A stretch of 64,000 bases of DNA from an uncultured virus (IMG/VR IMGVR_UViG_3300023179_000090) (lineage: Duplodnaviria > Heunggongvirae > Uroviricota > Caudoviricetes > Demerecviridae), in the IMG/VR virus record IMGVR_UViG_3300023179_000090; one strand, written 5' to 3'. How positions within the stretch are numbered: position 1 is the stretch's first letter; each line of letters begins with the position of its first letter. The notes beneath the pieces were generated by a model that saw nothing but the letters and a program-made list of their open reading frames with translations, ran no database searches and was not told where the DNA came from. A program made the position numbers and the translations under genes. Positions 34,901 to 44,800 of the stretch are shown here, piece after piece.

Positions 34901-37900
34901 TAGTACTAATATTAATATAATTAGAAATATTCCTGTAACGGATATATTACCAGGCAGAGAATATAAAATATCTAGTCCAGGAACTACAGATTTTACATTA
35001 ATAGGAGCTAGTTCTTCTACTGTAAATAATATTTTTACTGCTAAAAGTGCTGGATCAGGTACTGGTACAGTTCAATATGTTGAGAATATAGTTAGAGCAA
35101 CTACTACAAATCCTCATCAATATTATGCTAATCAAGTAGTTAGTATTACTGCCGGAACATTTACAAGTACAGTAGTTGCAATTACAGATAGTGGTACAAA
35201 TTGGTTTGAATTTAAAACTAGTTCAACCGACAATAGTTCTTCTGGTTATGTACAATATATACCTGGATATAGCTTTTATCAAAGAATAAAATTAACCACT
35301 GCAATTAATGCAAAAGCGGAAGAATTATTTTTAATTGGAGAATTAAATAGGCAGTTTACTGATTTATTAGTTCTAGGTATTGAACCCACTAGTAATAAAA
35401 CAGCCAGAATAAATTTAGTAGACTATGGTGTATATACAGACCCCGACCCTACTAAAAGTTATAATATATTTACAGATTATTTGAATTTAACAGAAGCACA
35501 AACTTTTAGTACAAATATTACATTAGCTGGAAATATTACAGCAATTAAGTTAACTGATCTACCGGTAATAAATTCAATAACAAGTGAGGCACTAGTAGCT
35601 GGTGATACACAGGCAGCTGGTAGTAATATAAAATATCAGATAAAAATAAGTTATAGTAATCCACCAAATTTAAATGCTAATATAACTCATATAGAATGTG
35701 AGTATGCTTTACAAGGAGATATGAGTGGAGCATTTAGTAAATTAACTCTAATAATTAATCAAAGTAGTCAAATAACACTAACTGATAATATAGTAGTAGG
35801 CAGTACATATCATATAAGATTAAGATATGTAGCTGGTGGCGAAACTATTTCTGGTTATACTGGAAAATGGACTAATATTGTATCACATACTGTATTAGGC
35901 AAAGCAATAAATTATAATTCACCTACAAGTATTGCTGTAGTACAAAAAAATAAATATTTATATTTAACACCTAAAACTCTGGGAGAATTACAAGACATTA
36001 AAGGTTTTGAAATTAGAGTATATAAAGATAATAGTACTTCTGATTTTTGGAATACTAGTTCTTTATATAATGTTGGTGCAAATGGTGAAATTACATCAAA
36101 TAATTCTGGTTTGCTTAAAATAGTAAGAACTACAGCATCAGATTCTACAGCAATAGTTGATTTATCAGAGTTTAGTAGACCTAGACTTAATGCAACTGGT
36201 GTAAGATATAGAGTAGCCTGTCGTACTATTGATAGTGCCGGAAAATATAGTATTAATGCTGCTTATAATTCATATGTATTACAAACATTACAGCCAAGAC
36301 CATTTAAAATTAAGCTATCAACAACAGGATTTTTAAGTATAAACATAGATCCGCCAACACAAATTATCAATGGAGTACAAAAATTTAGGGATGATTTTTT
36401 AGGCATAAGAGTATGGCTTGATACTTCTCCAGTAAGCGCTACACCTAGCAATAGTTTACTAAAATTTGAAGGAGCTTCATTAGAAGCAAATATTCCTATT
36501 ATAAGCAATATAGAGCAAACACATTATTTTAGATATGCATTTATAAGCATGATAGATGATGATACAAATAAAGATTATCCAAGTGCTTATACTATATCTA
36601 ATCAAGAACAATTTATACCTTCGGCATTTTTAGATGTAATTGATAAAGCAAATCCACCTCCTATACCTGCACTTCCAACAATTATTGCTGGAATGTCTGT
36701 TATATCAATTACTATGGTTGCTACAACCAACTCAGACCCTAAACTTACGCAAGGCATAGACTATAATTTTAGTGCGTATACTTATAGCACAGACCCAAAA
36801 TCATTATATCAGCGAGCTTCTAGCTCACACAGATCTACAATTGTATATGGCAAAGAAATAACATCATTATCAGCAAATGCCACAACTGTACCATTTGCTG
36901 ATGTAAAAGACAAAATATTGGGTGAATGGGAAAATGATATTACATTTAGTTTTACTGCTGATCCTGGCAAAATATATGCATTATACTTTGCTTATAAAAA
37001 TAAAGGTGGTATAGTAGGACCACCAACTACTATACCTAGGATTGTGCAAACAGGACTAGATATACAAAAATTTTTAGATTTAATGGCTAATCAAATAACA
37101 GAAGGTCTACTCTATAAAAAGCTACAAGAAAGACTGTCTAGAATAGATAGAACCGATGACACGCCTATTAATGAAATTAGTAATTTAGCTGGACAGTATA
37201 CAGTAAAAATTGACGCTGGTGGACAAGTTGCTGGGTTTGGTCTAAGTAATAATGTTAGTCGTGCAAAATATGATTCTACAGGAAAAGAAGTAACTGGTCA
37301 ACTTGAAGATGGTAAGCCATTTAGTGAATTTGGTGTTATTGCTAATAGATTTTGGATTGGGGCACCAGCTGAAATTAGTGCTACTAAGCCTACTACTAAT
37401 TTGTGGAATGGAAAAATATGGATAGATGCAAATGGTGGTGGACAAAATGCAGGTATAGTACTAGGTGTTACAGCATATCATAAGGCATACAATCCAATAA
37501 TATTTAACCCTATAACTATGCCAAATGATTTAGCTTATTGGTACTGGGAATTAAAAACACAAACAGAACTAGAAAGATTAATTGCTGCAGGAGCTGGTGG
37601 TTATGTAAATCGTGGTGTTTGGAGTAAAGTTCAGTCTTATGCTGTAAAAAATTATATATTTGATCTAGCCAGTGGTTGTTACTATATATGTACCAAAGCT
37701 TATACTCCTACAAAATTAACTAGTATATCAACTAAAAATCCAAAAATAACAGGTGGATTTACAGCCAGTGGTGCTACTATAAGTGTAGGCGATGTTATTT
37801 ATATAGAGGGCAACGAAAGAATACCTACAGCCGCTGATACAGGAGTAGGTGATAATCCTAGCCTTAAAATGGGCCCTAGTTATAATAGTAATGGAACATA

Positions 37901-38783
37901 TTATTATGTTATAAGTGGTAATACTAGCGAATTTACACTAAGTTTAAGCAGATCTGGCAAGCCTATTATAACTGGTATTCAGCATGAAGTAGAGTACTAC
38001 AGAAAAGCTCGCAAACTTAATCCTAATTTTAATATAAGTGTAGATGCAACTGATGCAAAATATGATGCAAGATATTGGCTAGATGATACAGCTAATTCTG
38101 GCTGGTCTCCATTTCCAGAAAGAAGTATGTTTCCTTTTGTAGTTGAATCAACAGGAGATAATCCTGGCGTTTATATTAATGATGTTTTTATTAAGGAAGC
38201 ATCAATTGATAATGCAATGATTAAAAATGCCACTATTGATAGTTCAAAAATTACTTTTTTAAATGCAGATAAAATCAAAGCTGGTGTTATCGATGCCGAT
38301 AGAATTAATGCTGGTGCAATAAGTATTAAAAATGTTGATATTGGCAGCTTACGCGGAGCATTTAATACTAGTTGGACACTTGTAATGCCTACACTAACTA
38401 CCTCAGAAGTAAGTAGAACTATAGACCTAGCACCAGGTTCTTATGAAATAGTTTTACAAGCCACTTTTGCTAGAATGGATGAAAAAATGGGGTATAATAC
38501 TGATAAATCAGAACTTGCAGAAATAGAAGCAACTGTTACTGGTACTGGAGTAACAGGCAGTGTTAAGTGTATAGCCTATTGGAGAAAACATGTTCCACAA
38601 CTGTCTACTGCTAATATTAAGATAAAGAATAAATTAGCAGATATTACTACACAACCAACTTATACATTTAGTGGTGGTGTTACAGCTGATATACCTCCAG
38701 GACCTCCAGGACCTCCAGGACCTCCTGGTGGTGGTGGTGGATCAGATGGCGGCGTTCCTAGTGATGGTGGTGGTGATAGTTAA
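31977..38783 (+). CDS. central tail fibre / tip attachment protein: NlpC/P60, ubiquitin-like (gpI-like) and gpJ-like regions in one ORF
   Basis: GRD..GLDCWGLV...HVG; IIVNG...LQEKDKIEYRA; IPVVLGK, NNPA, RGDRV.V.HD, YTVKID..G.VAGFGL, FGVIANRF and GVYIND.FIK.ASI.NA.I motifs. Confidence 0.85.
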   Translation: MWSNKYIDIPFKDGGRDSNGLDCWGLVRLIYKDEYNIHLPSFSNSYTTTEDTERLQELINQYKEGWKQVDAPREGLVVLLKTMGYGTHVGVLINNTEFLHINEGTNVTVESLLNTRWSKRVLGFYEYDTQKSAILTAMPHPLKTQQYTLPVVAGTTLKELSEWLFEKWNFSKKFAQKIIIIVNGVLVEQDKWAVYTLQEKDKIEYRALAGKGNGGNLFKMIAMIAISIAAPYIAGYIMTAAGYGGAVAASWVSATTFGALGMMATAGVALAGSLLINAIAPIRPPKTPETTDPGSAESQLIATGNGNRITPYDAIPVVLGKMRITPPLGAVNYITYQNDRDTYLSSLLIWGYGPLVLHNYSATPGTGLKIGELAATDYTIDRIQHHNLYNGATAIPNNISNLNDIYGTDIAQDFKNIELVNNVHRFLPSHPTPLQVEAEVPSLAAGQSGYTSAQIAVHFPQGLRKIRAQGNDAGKSYALTDSANGGNYPVQVKFEYAVGGGAYLPITSLGTAGVVDYGSNIKKDAFTITHEIDFTNTPITSSIKVRLTRLNGSIGEAPAENTTEYTALSGLGGICYIDQYSTDTQGQKYVSASVANGSLTKEQCEQQEGRWDPATGSLIEQAKDWRLCHQVNFLSFTARRLENPVKEPVDVDLSKTAIRLKSSQEINGQLEGINAIVQTRGKDLIGATFTPNTTTTPGSSTGGTWQDAAINNPASLFLHVLSSSANPKSIPWGEIVSGLRVDIAKINYWHGYCKAKNFTFNATIGQQRSIVDILRDICAAGRASPTLVDGKWTVTIDEPKPTVSQFFSPHNSWGFEGSKVLTKTPDGLKVSYIDEDQEYKQVEEIVYNFGYNGDGSGGKIAAKLFEQISLPGVTKNTLAIDHAKWAMAQTKLRRESYILNTDLEYIVCNRGDRVIVAHDVPLWGVGSGRIKKIFAGDTILELDEAVLLDPSKQYQVKIRNNENPTLNIFGTFDPSSTNINIIRNIPVTDILPGREYKISSPGTTDFTLIGASSSTVNNIFTAKSAGSGTGTVQYVENIVRATTTNPHQYYANQVVSITAGTFTSTVVAITDSGTNWFEFKTSSTDNSSSGYVQYIPGYSFYQRIKLTTAINAKAEELFLIGELNRQFTDLLVLGIEPTSNKTARINLVDYGVYTDPDPTKSYNIFTDYLNLTEAQTFSTNITLAGNITAIKLTDLPVINSITSEALVAGDTQAAGSNIKYQIKISYSNPPNLNANITHIECEYALQGDMSGAFSKLTLIINQSSQITLTDNIVVGSTYHIRLRYVAGGETISGYTGKWTNIVSHTVLGKAINYNSPTSIAVVQKNKYLYLTPKTLGELQDIKGFEIRVYKDNSTSDFWNTSSLYNVGANGEITSNNSGLLKIVRTTASDSTAIVDLSEFSRPRLNATGVRYRVACRTIDSAGKYSINAAYNSYVLQTLQPRPFKIKLSTTGFLSINIDPPTQIINGVQKFRDDFLGIRVWLDTSPVSATPSNSLLKFEGASLEANIPIISNIEQTHYFRYAFISMIDDDTNKDYPSAYTISNQEQFIPSAFLDVIDKANPPPIPALPTIIAGMSVISITMVATTNSDPKLTQGIDYNFSAYTYSTDPKSLYQRASSSHRSTIVYGKEITSLSANATTVPFADVKDKILGEWENDITFSFTADPGKIYALYFAYKNKGGIVGPPTTIPRIVQTGLDIQKFLDLMANQITEGLLYKKLQERLSRIDRTDDTPINEISNLAGQYTVKIDAGGQVAGFGLSNNVSRAKYDSTGKEVTGQLEDGKPFSEFGVIANRFWIGAPAEISATKPTTNLWNGKIWIDANGGGQNAGIVLGVTAYHKAYNPIIFNPITMPNDLAYWYWELKTQTELERLIAAGAGGYVNRGVWSKVQSYAVKNYIFDLASGCYYICTKAYTPTKLTSISTKNPKITGGFTASGATISVGDVIYIEGNERIPTAADTGVGDNPSLKMGPSYNSNGTYYYVISGNTSEFTLSLSRSGKPIITGIQHEVEYYRKARKLNPNFNISVDATDAKYDARYWLDDTANSGWSPFPERSMFPFVVESTGDNPGVYINDVFIKEASIDNAMIKNATIDSSKITFLNADKIKAGVIDADRINAGAISIKNVDIGSLRGAFNTSWTLVMPTLTTSEVSRTIDLAPGSYEIVLQATFARMDEKMGYNTDKSELAEIEATVTGTGVTGSVKCIAYWRKHVPQLSTANIKIKNKLADITTQPTYTFSGGVTADIPPGPPGPPGPPGGGGGSDGGVPSDGGGDS
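38745..38777 (+). repeat. 33-bp direct repeat, copy 1 (encodes DGGVPSDGGGD)
   Basis: Identical to 40698-40730. Confidence 0.95.
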
Positions 38784-38807
38784 TAGTTATATAACAAAGA
38801 GGTAAAT

Positions 38808-40748
38808 ATGCCAACATATCCAGTAACCGGTACCGTAACAGGTACCGGTGGCGAAACAACACTAAAAAGTGATGAACTAGAATTTTTAGATACAGAAATA
38901 ATTTACTATGATATAGCACCAACAACTATAAATGTTGGTACTTTTACAGTACCTAGTCCTGGTGGTAGTTATACATTTAAAATAAAAGCTCCAGTGCTTC
39001 CAAATGCAACACACTGGAAGCATGGAGGAACACTAGCAACAATAAATTTTTTAGCTCCAGCAAGTGCAGGTACAGCTACTTTTAGTACACAACCTACTAC
39101 AGTTGCTGAAGGTGCAGAAGCTACTTTTACTGTAACCACCACAGATATAGAACCAGGCAGTTCACTAGGATGGAGATTAGTACATGTAGGAGTTGTTAGT
39201 AATGATTCTCATTATGATTCTTCTTATGGTACCGTTGGTTCTATTACTTTAGATAATACTGCTACACCAAAAGGTACTTTTAAAATAAAAACTATAATTG
39301 ATGGAGTAACTAATCCAACCGGATTTAAAAAAGAATTTAAAATACAAATTACTAAAAGTGGAACAGTAATTGCTACTTCTAATACTGTAGAAGTAACAGA
39401 GGGAGCTGGAACACCCGGCTCTTTAGGCCCTACATATGCTTTATCATTAGCTGGTAGCTCAGTTAATGAAGGTAGTACAATAACTGGTACTATAACAGTA
39501 ACAAATCCTCCTATTGAAGCCAGAATTATTAATTGGCAGTTAGTAGATGTAAGTAATCCATACGGTAAAAGTGCTAGTAAATATTTTAGTACTAGTGGCA
39601 GTGTTACAATACCTGCTGGTGCAACTACTGCTACTTTTGATATATCAGTATATGAAGATAATATTGATAGTCCAGGAAAAACTTTTAAGGTTATGTTAAC
39701 AAATTCTCAAGGAGTTAAAATATTAACTAGTGCTGTAGGTCCAATAACTGTTAATGATACTTCTAAATCTCCTGCTACAGCTGTAGCTACAACAGGAGGT
39801 AGTTTAACAGTTAGTACACTAAATCGTACTGATTATAATGTAGGCGTTTCTAGCGGCGCGGGTTTAGCTGGTAGTGAGATAACAAGAAATTCTGGTAGTT
39901 ATTTATATATTTTTCCTAATGGAACCTGGCAAGTAAGGTTTGATGATGCTAGTGATGTTAATGGTAATTGGTTTACTCCAACTACACCAAATATTGGTAA
40001 TGATTATTATATTAGAATTTCAAGATTAGGTAGTCCAACTGTTGCAGGAGATGGTGGAGAAAATTTACGAAATGTTGGATTGAGTCAATTAAACACTACA
40101 AAAACCGTTGGAGCCTACGCCTATGGATTTAGATGTGTAGATCCAGAAGCAGAAATATTAGTAGATTCTGATGGAACAACTAAGTTAGCTGCTGATTTAG
40201 AAGTTGGTGATGAAGTTTATACAATGCATGAAGCTACTAAAATATGGGGATATTATAAAGTACTTAATCATGAAATAGTAACACAGCCAAAACTACTATT
40301 AACATTTACAGATGGAACCACACTATTAGCTTCTAAATCCCACAAAGTATATCTAGGGAAAAATATTTGGAGAACTATTGATAGTTTAAATTTAGGAGAA
40401 AGACTAGTAACTTTTTCTGGAATCATGAAAGAATTACTTAGTATAGAAGATGTTGGTGATGGTTTAGTGATTAGTATGGAAATTAATGATGCTCATACTT
40501 ATGTAGCTAATGAAGTAATATCACATAATAAAGCATCTGTATCTCAATATCATTATGCATCCTATAATATTACATATCAAATTGAAATTGCTAAAGATTC
40601 GGCAGGTACTGGTATGCAAATTGCTACTATATCACTAGGTGGTTCAATAGGTGACATAGCTTATATTAATGGTGATCCAAATATTAGTGGTCCTGGTGAT
40701 GGCGGCGTTCCTAGTGATGGTGGTGGTGATGGTGGTGGTGATAGTTAA
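38808..40748 (+). CDS. tail protein with two Calx-beta/Ig-like repeats and an internal Hint domain
   Basis: TVAEGAEATFTVTT and SVNEGSTITGTITV repeats; Hint domain CVDPEAEI...ISHN at 40134-40529. Confidence 0.75.
   Translation: MPTYPVTGTVTGTGGETTLKSDELEFLDTEIIYYDIAPTTINVGTFTVPSPGGSYTFKIKAPVLPNATHWKHGGTLATINFLAPASAGTATFSTQPTTVAEGAEATFTVTTTDIEPGSSLGWRLVHVGVVSNDSHYDSSYGTVGSITLDNTATPKGTFKIKTIIDGVTNPTGFKKEFKIQITKSGTVIATSNTVEVTEGAGTPGSLGPTYALSLAGSSVNEGSTITGTITVTNPPIEARIINWQLVDVSNPYGKSASKYFSTSGSVTIPAGATTATFDISVYEDNIDSPGKTFKVMLTNSQGVKILTSAVGPITVNDTSKSPATAVATTGGSLTVSTLNRTDYNVGVSSGAGLAGSEITRNSGSYLYIFPNGTWQVRFDDASDVNGNWFTPTTPNIGNDYYIRISRLGSPTVAGDGGENLRNVGLSQLNTTKTVGAYAYGFRCVDPEAEILVDSDGTTKLAADLEVGDEVYTMHEATKIWGYYKVLNHEIVTQPKLLLTFTDGTTLLASKSHKVYLGKNIWRTIDSLNLGERLVTFSGIMKELLSIEDVGDGLVISMEINDAHTYVANEVISHNKASVSQYHYASYNITYQIEIAKDSAGTGMQIATISLGGSIGDIAYINGDPNISGPGDGGVPSDGGGDGGGDS
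40698..40730 (+). repeat. 33-bp direct repeat, copy 2
   Basis: Identical to 38745-38777. Confidence 0.95.
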
Positions 40749-40789
40749 TAAATGATAAAATCTATAATTAACTAAATTAAAATTATATT

Positions 40790-40829
40790 TATCCCTGCAC
40801 TAGTGTTATAGAGTGCAGGGATATTTTTT
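40790..40829 (+). terminator. Rho-independent terminator
   Basis: TATCCCTGCACT/AGTGCAGGGATA stem followed by TTTTTT. Confidence 0.85.
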
Positions 40830-40832
40830 GCA

Positions 40833-40861
40833 TTGACTTTATTGAGCCCTTGTGGTATAAT
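40833..40861 (+). promoter_or_regulatory. late promoter candidate
   Basis: TTGACT-17 bp-TATAAT with extended -10. Confidence 0.8.
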
Positions 40862-40957
40862 AGGTTTAAATTGTAAAAAACCGGTATAATTTCGATTGCA
40901 TTTTTAATCGACAAGAGTATCTCTAAATAAATATACCTAATACTAGGAGATTGTATT

Positions 40958-41287
40958 GTGGAAACTCAAAACCAAGACTTAATTCAAACAATCTCGCTAG
41001 TAGCCCTAGCCGCTATAGGACTAATTGTAGGGGTACAAAAACTAGTAAGAGATTGGCGTTCTACACAAGCAGAAACTAATATTATACAAGTTATGCACAC
41101 AGAAATAGAACGTATGTCAGATCAAAATACAAAACTTAGTAATGAACTTGGAAAATTACAAGAGGAAATTATTAGATTAAATCAAGAATTAACTAAGTTA
41201 AGCATTGAGAATAATAAGCTTCAGCAAGAAGTTTCTCAATTAACACTAGAATTGTCAAAGTTTAAAAGAACTACTAGAGGTGCCTAA
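40958..41287 (+). CDS. single-TM coiled-coil protein (possible lysis-related)
   Basis: AGGAG RBS; N-terminal TM segment and a long heptad repeat. Confidence 0.55.
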   Translation: METQNQDLIQTISLVALAAIGLIVGVQKLVRDWRSTQAETNIIQVMHTEIERMSDQNTKLSNELGKLQEEIIRLNQELTKLSIENNKLQQEVSQLTLELSKFKRTTRGA

Positions 41288-41895
41288 TGAATCCAGCAAG
41301 AATTAACTATAAGGTATATCAAGGAAGTACTTTTGAAGAAGTATTTCGCTGGGAAAGTGCTACCAAAAACTATGCTACTATAGGTGCAATACCTAATGTA
41401 GCGCCATGTAGAGTGATCGTAGGTATGACTGATCCTACACCACCTCCACAATGGAGAATACGTATTACTGGTGTAGCTGGCATGAAAGAAATAAACTTAT
41501 TAAATGAAGAAGATTATTATTTAAGTACTGGCATTACAGGTACAAATAATAACGAAATAATTATTAATAGTATTAATGCCGCCAATTTTAGTACTTATAC
41601 TAGTGGTGGTATTGTTAGTTGGAATACACCAGTACCTTTAAATAACTATACTGGTGTAATGCAAATTAGAGAAAATCTAGACAGTACAGTTTTACTAGAA
41701 TTAACAACTACCAATGGTGGGATTGTTATAAATCCTACAGATTATACGATTACTGTTAAAATAACCAGTGCTCAAACAAAAGCATTTACTTTTTCAACAG
41801 CTATTTATAGCTTAGAGCTTACCAATACATTAAGTGAAAAAGTAACAACATTTTTAACTGGTAATCTTTCGCTAGTAAGGGAGGTTACACGATGA
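41287..41895 (+). CDS. fibre collar / attachment protein (T5 p132-like)
   Basis: YQGSTFE...Y.G.MQIR...YSLEL...[11 protein letters not shown]; directly precedes the fibre gene. Confidence 0.65.
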   Translation: MNPARINYKVYQGSTFEEVFRWESATKNYATIGAIPNVAPCRVIVGMTDPTPPPQWRIRITGVAGMKEINLLNEEDYYLSTGITGTNNNEIIINSINAANFSTYTSGGIVSWNTPVPLNNYTGVMQIRENLDSTVLLELTTTNGGIVINPTDYTITVKITSAQTKAFTFSTAIYSLELTNTLSEKVTTFLTGNLSLVREVTR

Positions 41896-44800
41896 CTACT
41901 TCTACAGTAGTTACTTCTACTGGTAATACAGTAATCATTGAAGATCTGCAGCAGCAAACAGTTATTGGTGGTTATTTAGGCATACAAGGTGTACAAGGTG
42001 TACAAGGTTTTCCAGGTATTCCTGGCGATTTTGCTGGTCAAGGTGTACAAGGTGCTCAAGGTATTCAAGGACCCCAAGGCACACAAGGTGTGCAAGGTCG
42101 GCAAGGTGTACAAGGCCTACAGGGATTACAAGGCCTACAGGGAAATCAAGGTACACAAGGCTTAGCGCTTACATGGCGTGGCCCTTATAATCCTAGTGCC
42201 ATATATAATAAAAATGATGCTATATATTTCAATGGTAGTAGTTTTGTAGCAGTATTTAACTTACCATTTATGAATGAAAGTCCAGAGCTAGCATTTGGAA
42301 CTACAAATGTTATTTACTGGAACAGAATGGTTCAAGGTGCGCAAGGTGCTGATGGATCTATAGGTATACAGGGATTTCCTGGAACACAAGGTACTCAAGG
42401 TTTTGGACTACAGGGTATACAGGGATTAATAGGCCCAAGGGGATATAATCCTGGAATAGTATATCAATGGTCAACTAGTATAAATGAAAGCGATCCTGGT
42501 ACAGGACGTGTACGTTTTAATAACCAAAATCTGTTAGATGTAACAGAAATATATTTTGATATATTAGACCATAGTCGGGTAAATCAAGGTGCTTGGTATG
42601 AAAGCTTTAATCAATCAACTAGTGGCCCAGTAAAAGGTTTATTATATTTTAAATCTATTGATAGTCTTAATTCAGCTGTAGCTGTATTTGAAGTATTAGA
42701 TACACAAGATAATACAGATTGGTATTCTATTACAGTTAATTATCTTACTGGAAATTGGAGCTATTTAGTAGCACTTAATGAATTAATTACTGTAACATTT
42801 GTACCAAGTGGTGTACAAGGAGTACAAGGTATTCAAGGTTTATTAGGTAAATCTTTGAGTTGGATGGGTGTTTATAACTTTAATACCACTTATGAATTAA
42901 ATGCATCAGTAACTTATAATGGTAGTAGTTATGTATCTATAGCACCAGTACCTGCTGGAGTCAGTCCTGAAATATCTCCTGGTGTAGTTAATAGTGCCTA
43001 TTGGAGTTTAACTAATTCACAAGGTATACAGGGTACTAGAGGCTTTCAAGGTTTACAAGGTATACAAGGATTTACTGGTTTACAAGGATTTACTGGTTTA
43101 CAAGGTGCCCAAGGCATACAAGGTAATCGAGGTCTAAGAGGCGGTATATTATATCGTTTTGAAACTAGTACAAGTATGATCCAGGCACCTAGTGCAGGTA
43201 GATTTAAATTTAATGTACCTCCTCTAAATGTATTCAATGGCCAAAGTCGTGCCAGTGAAATAACACAAATAGCTATACACCCATACTCTTGGGAGGGTAT
43301 AGATGTAACTGGCTGGATAGGTAATTTTACTCAAAATCCAGTACATCCAGTAGCTGGACAGCTAATAATTCAACCAGATAATAATTTATTTACAGCTAGT
43401 ATTAGTAATCCATTACTACTAACTAATGATTACTTAATTTTTAATGTAACAGGATCTAGTCAAGAAATTGAATATGATCAGTTAGGTAATGCTACAATAT
43501 TTTATAAGTTACAAGTACAATATTTAGCAGGTAAAGCAGATAATTTTATTGCTGGTTCTACAAGTGGCGCTGTTTGCTCACTATTTTATGCTAATACTGG
43601 TGCTCAGGGTACTCAAGGTATTCAGGGCTTACAAGGTATTCAGGGCTTACAAGGTATACAAGGTCAAGTTGGTGGTTTTGGTGGAGCAAGCTTTGATTAT
43701 ACATTTGACAATGCTACTATAGAAAGTAGCCCTAATAGCGGTAATCTAAGATTTAATAATTTAGTATTAGCTAATGTTACAAAAATGTACATTAGCAAAC
43801 AGCAAGACGGCCCTTTTAGTATAGAACAATTTTTATATACTATTAGTTTAAGTACTAGTACAATTAAAGGCCATTTTAGAATTGGACCTAAAAATAATCC
43901 TAGTGCCTTTGCAATGTTTACTGTTGATAGCATTGTTGATAGTGCAACCTATTATACTGTTAATTGTACTTACTTAACAGCAACTGGAGCTACGTTTGTA
44001 AATGGTGATGATGTTATTATCACTTTTGCTAGAACTGGTGACAAAGGTGATCAAGGTATACAAGGTGTACAGGGTACACAAGGTATTCAAGGTGTACAAG
44101 GTCTACTAGGCCCAGGATTAAAGTGGCGTGGTACTTATGACTTTACAGCTTATTATCAGCGTGATGATGTTGTATACTTTAATGGCAATAGTTTTATTTG
44201 TATATACAATGGTCTGTTCCAAGAAGAAGCACCAGAATTTAGTCCTGGAGTATTAAATACAACATATTGGAATCGTTTAACTGCACAAGGTATGCAGGGT
44301 ACTCAAGGTATACAAGGTCTACAGGGATTACAAGGACTACAAGGTATACAAGGAGATCAAGGGCTACAAGGTATACAAGGTGTACAAGGACTACAAGGTT
44401 TAGGTTTTGTTTGGCGAAATCTATGGAGTCCTAGTGTTACATATTATGTTAATCAAGTAGTTATATATAATGGACATGTATGGATTAATACAGTAAATGG
44501 TAATTTTGGTTTAGAGCCAGATCAGCCGGGCAGTAATTGGTCTATAATGGTTTCTCAAGGACTACAAGGTTTACAGGGACTACAGGGTCTGCAGGGACCA
44601 CAAGGATTGCAAGGACCACAAGGTTTACAAGGTATTCAGGGTTTAGACGGTATTAGTCATAATCAAGGTTTACAAGGTATTCAAGGTGTACAAGGTCCTC
44701 AAGGTGTACAAGGTCCAATTGGAGTAGCCTTTAAAGGAGAGTATAGTAATGCTGCGTTCTATGATACTAATGATGTAGTATTTTATATTAGTGATAGTTA

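Noticed and set aside
40134..40529. Canonical mobile intein
   Set aside because: No homing endonuclease, and the +1 residue is Lys rather than Cys, Ser or Thr.
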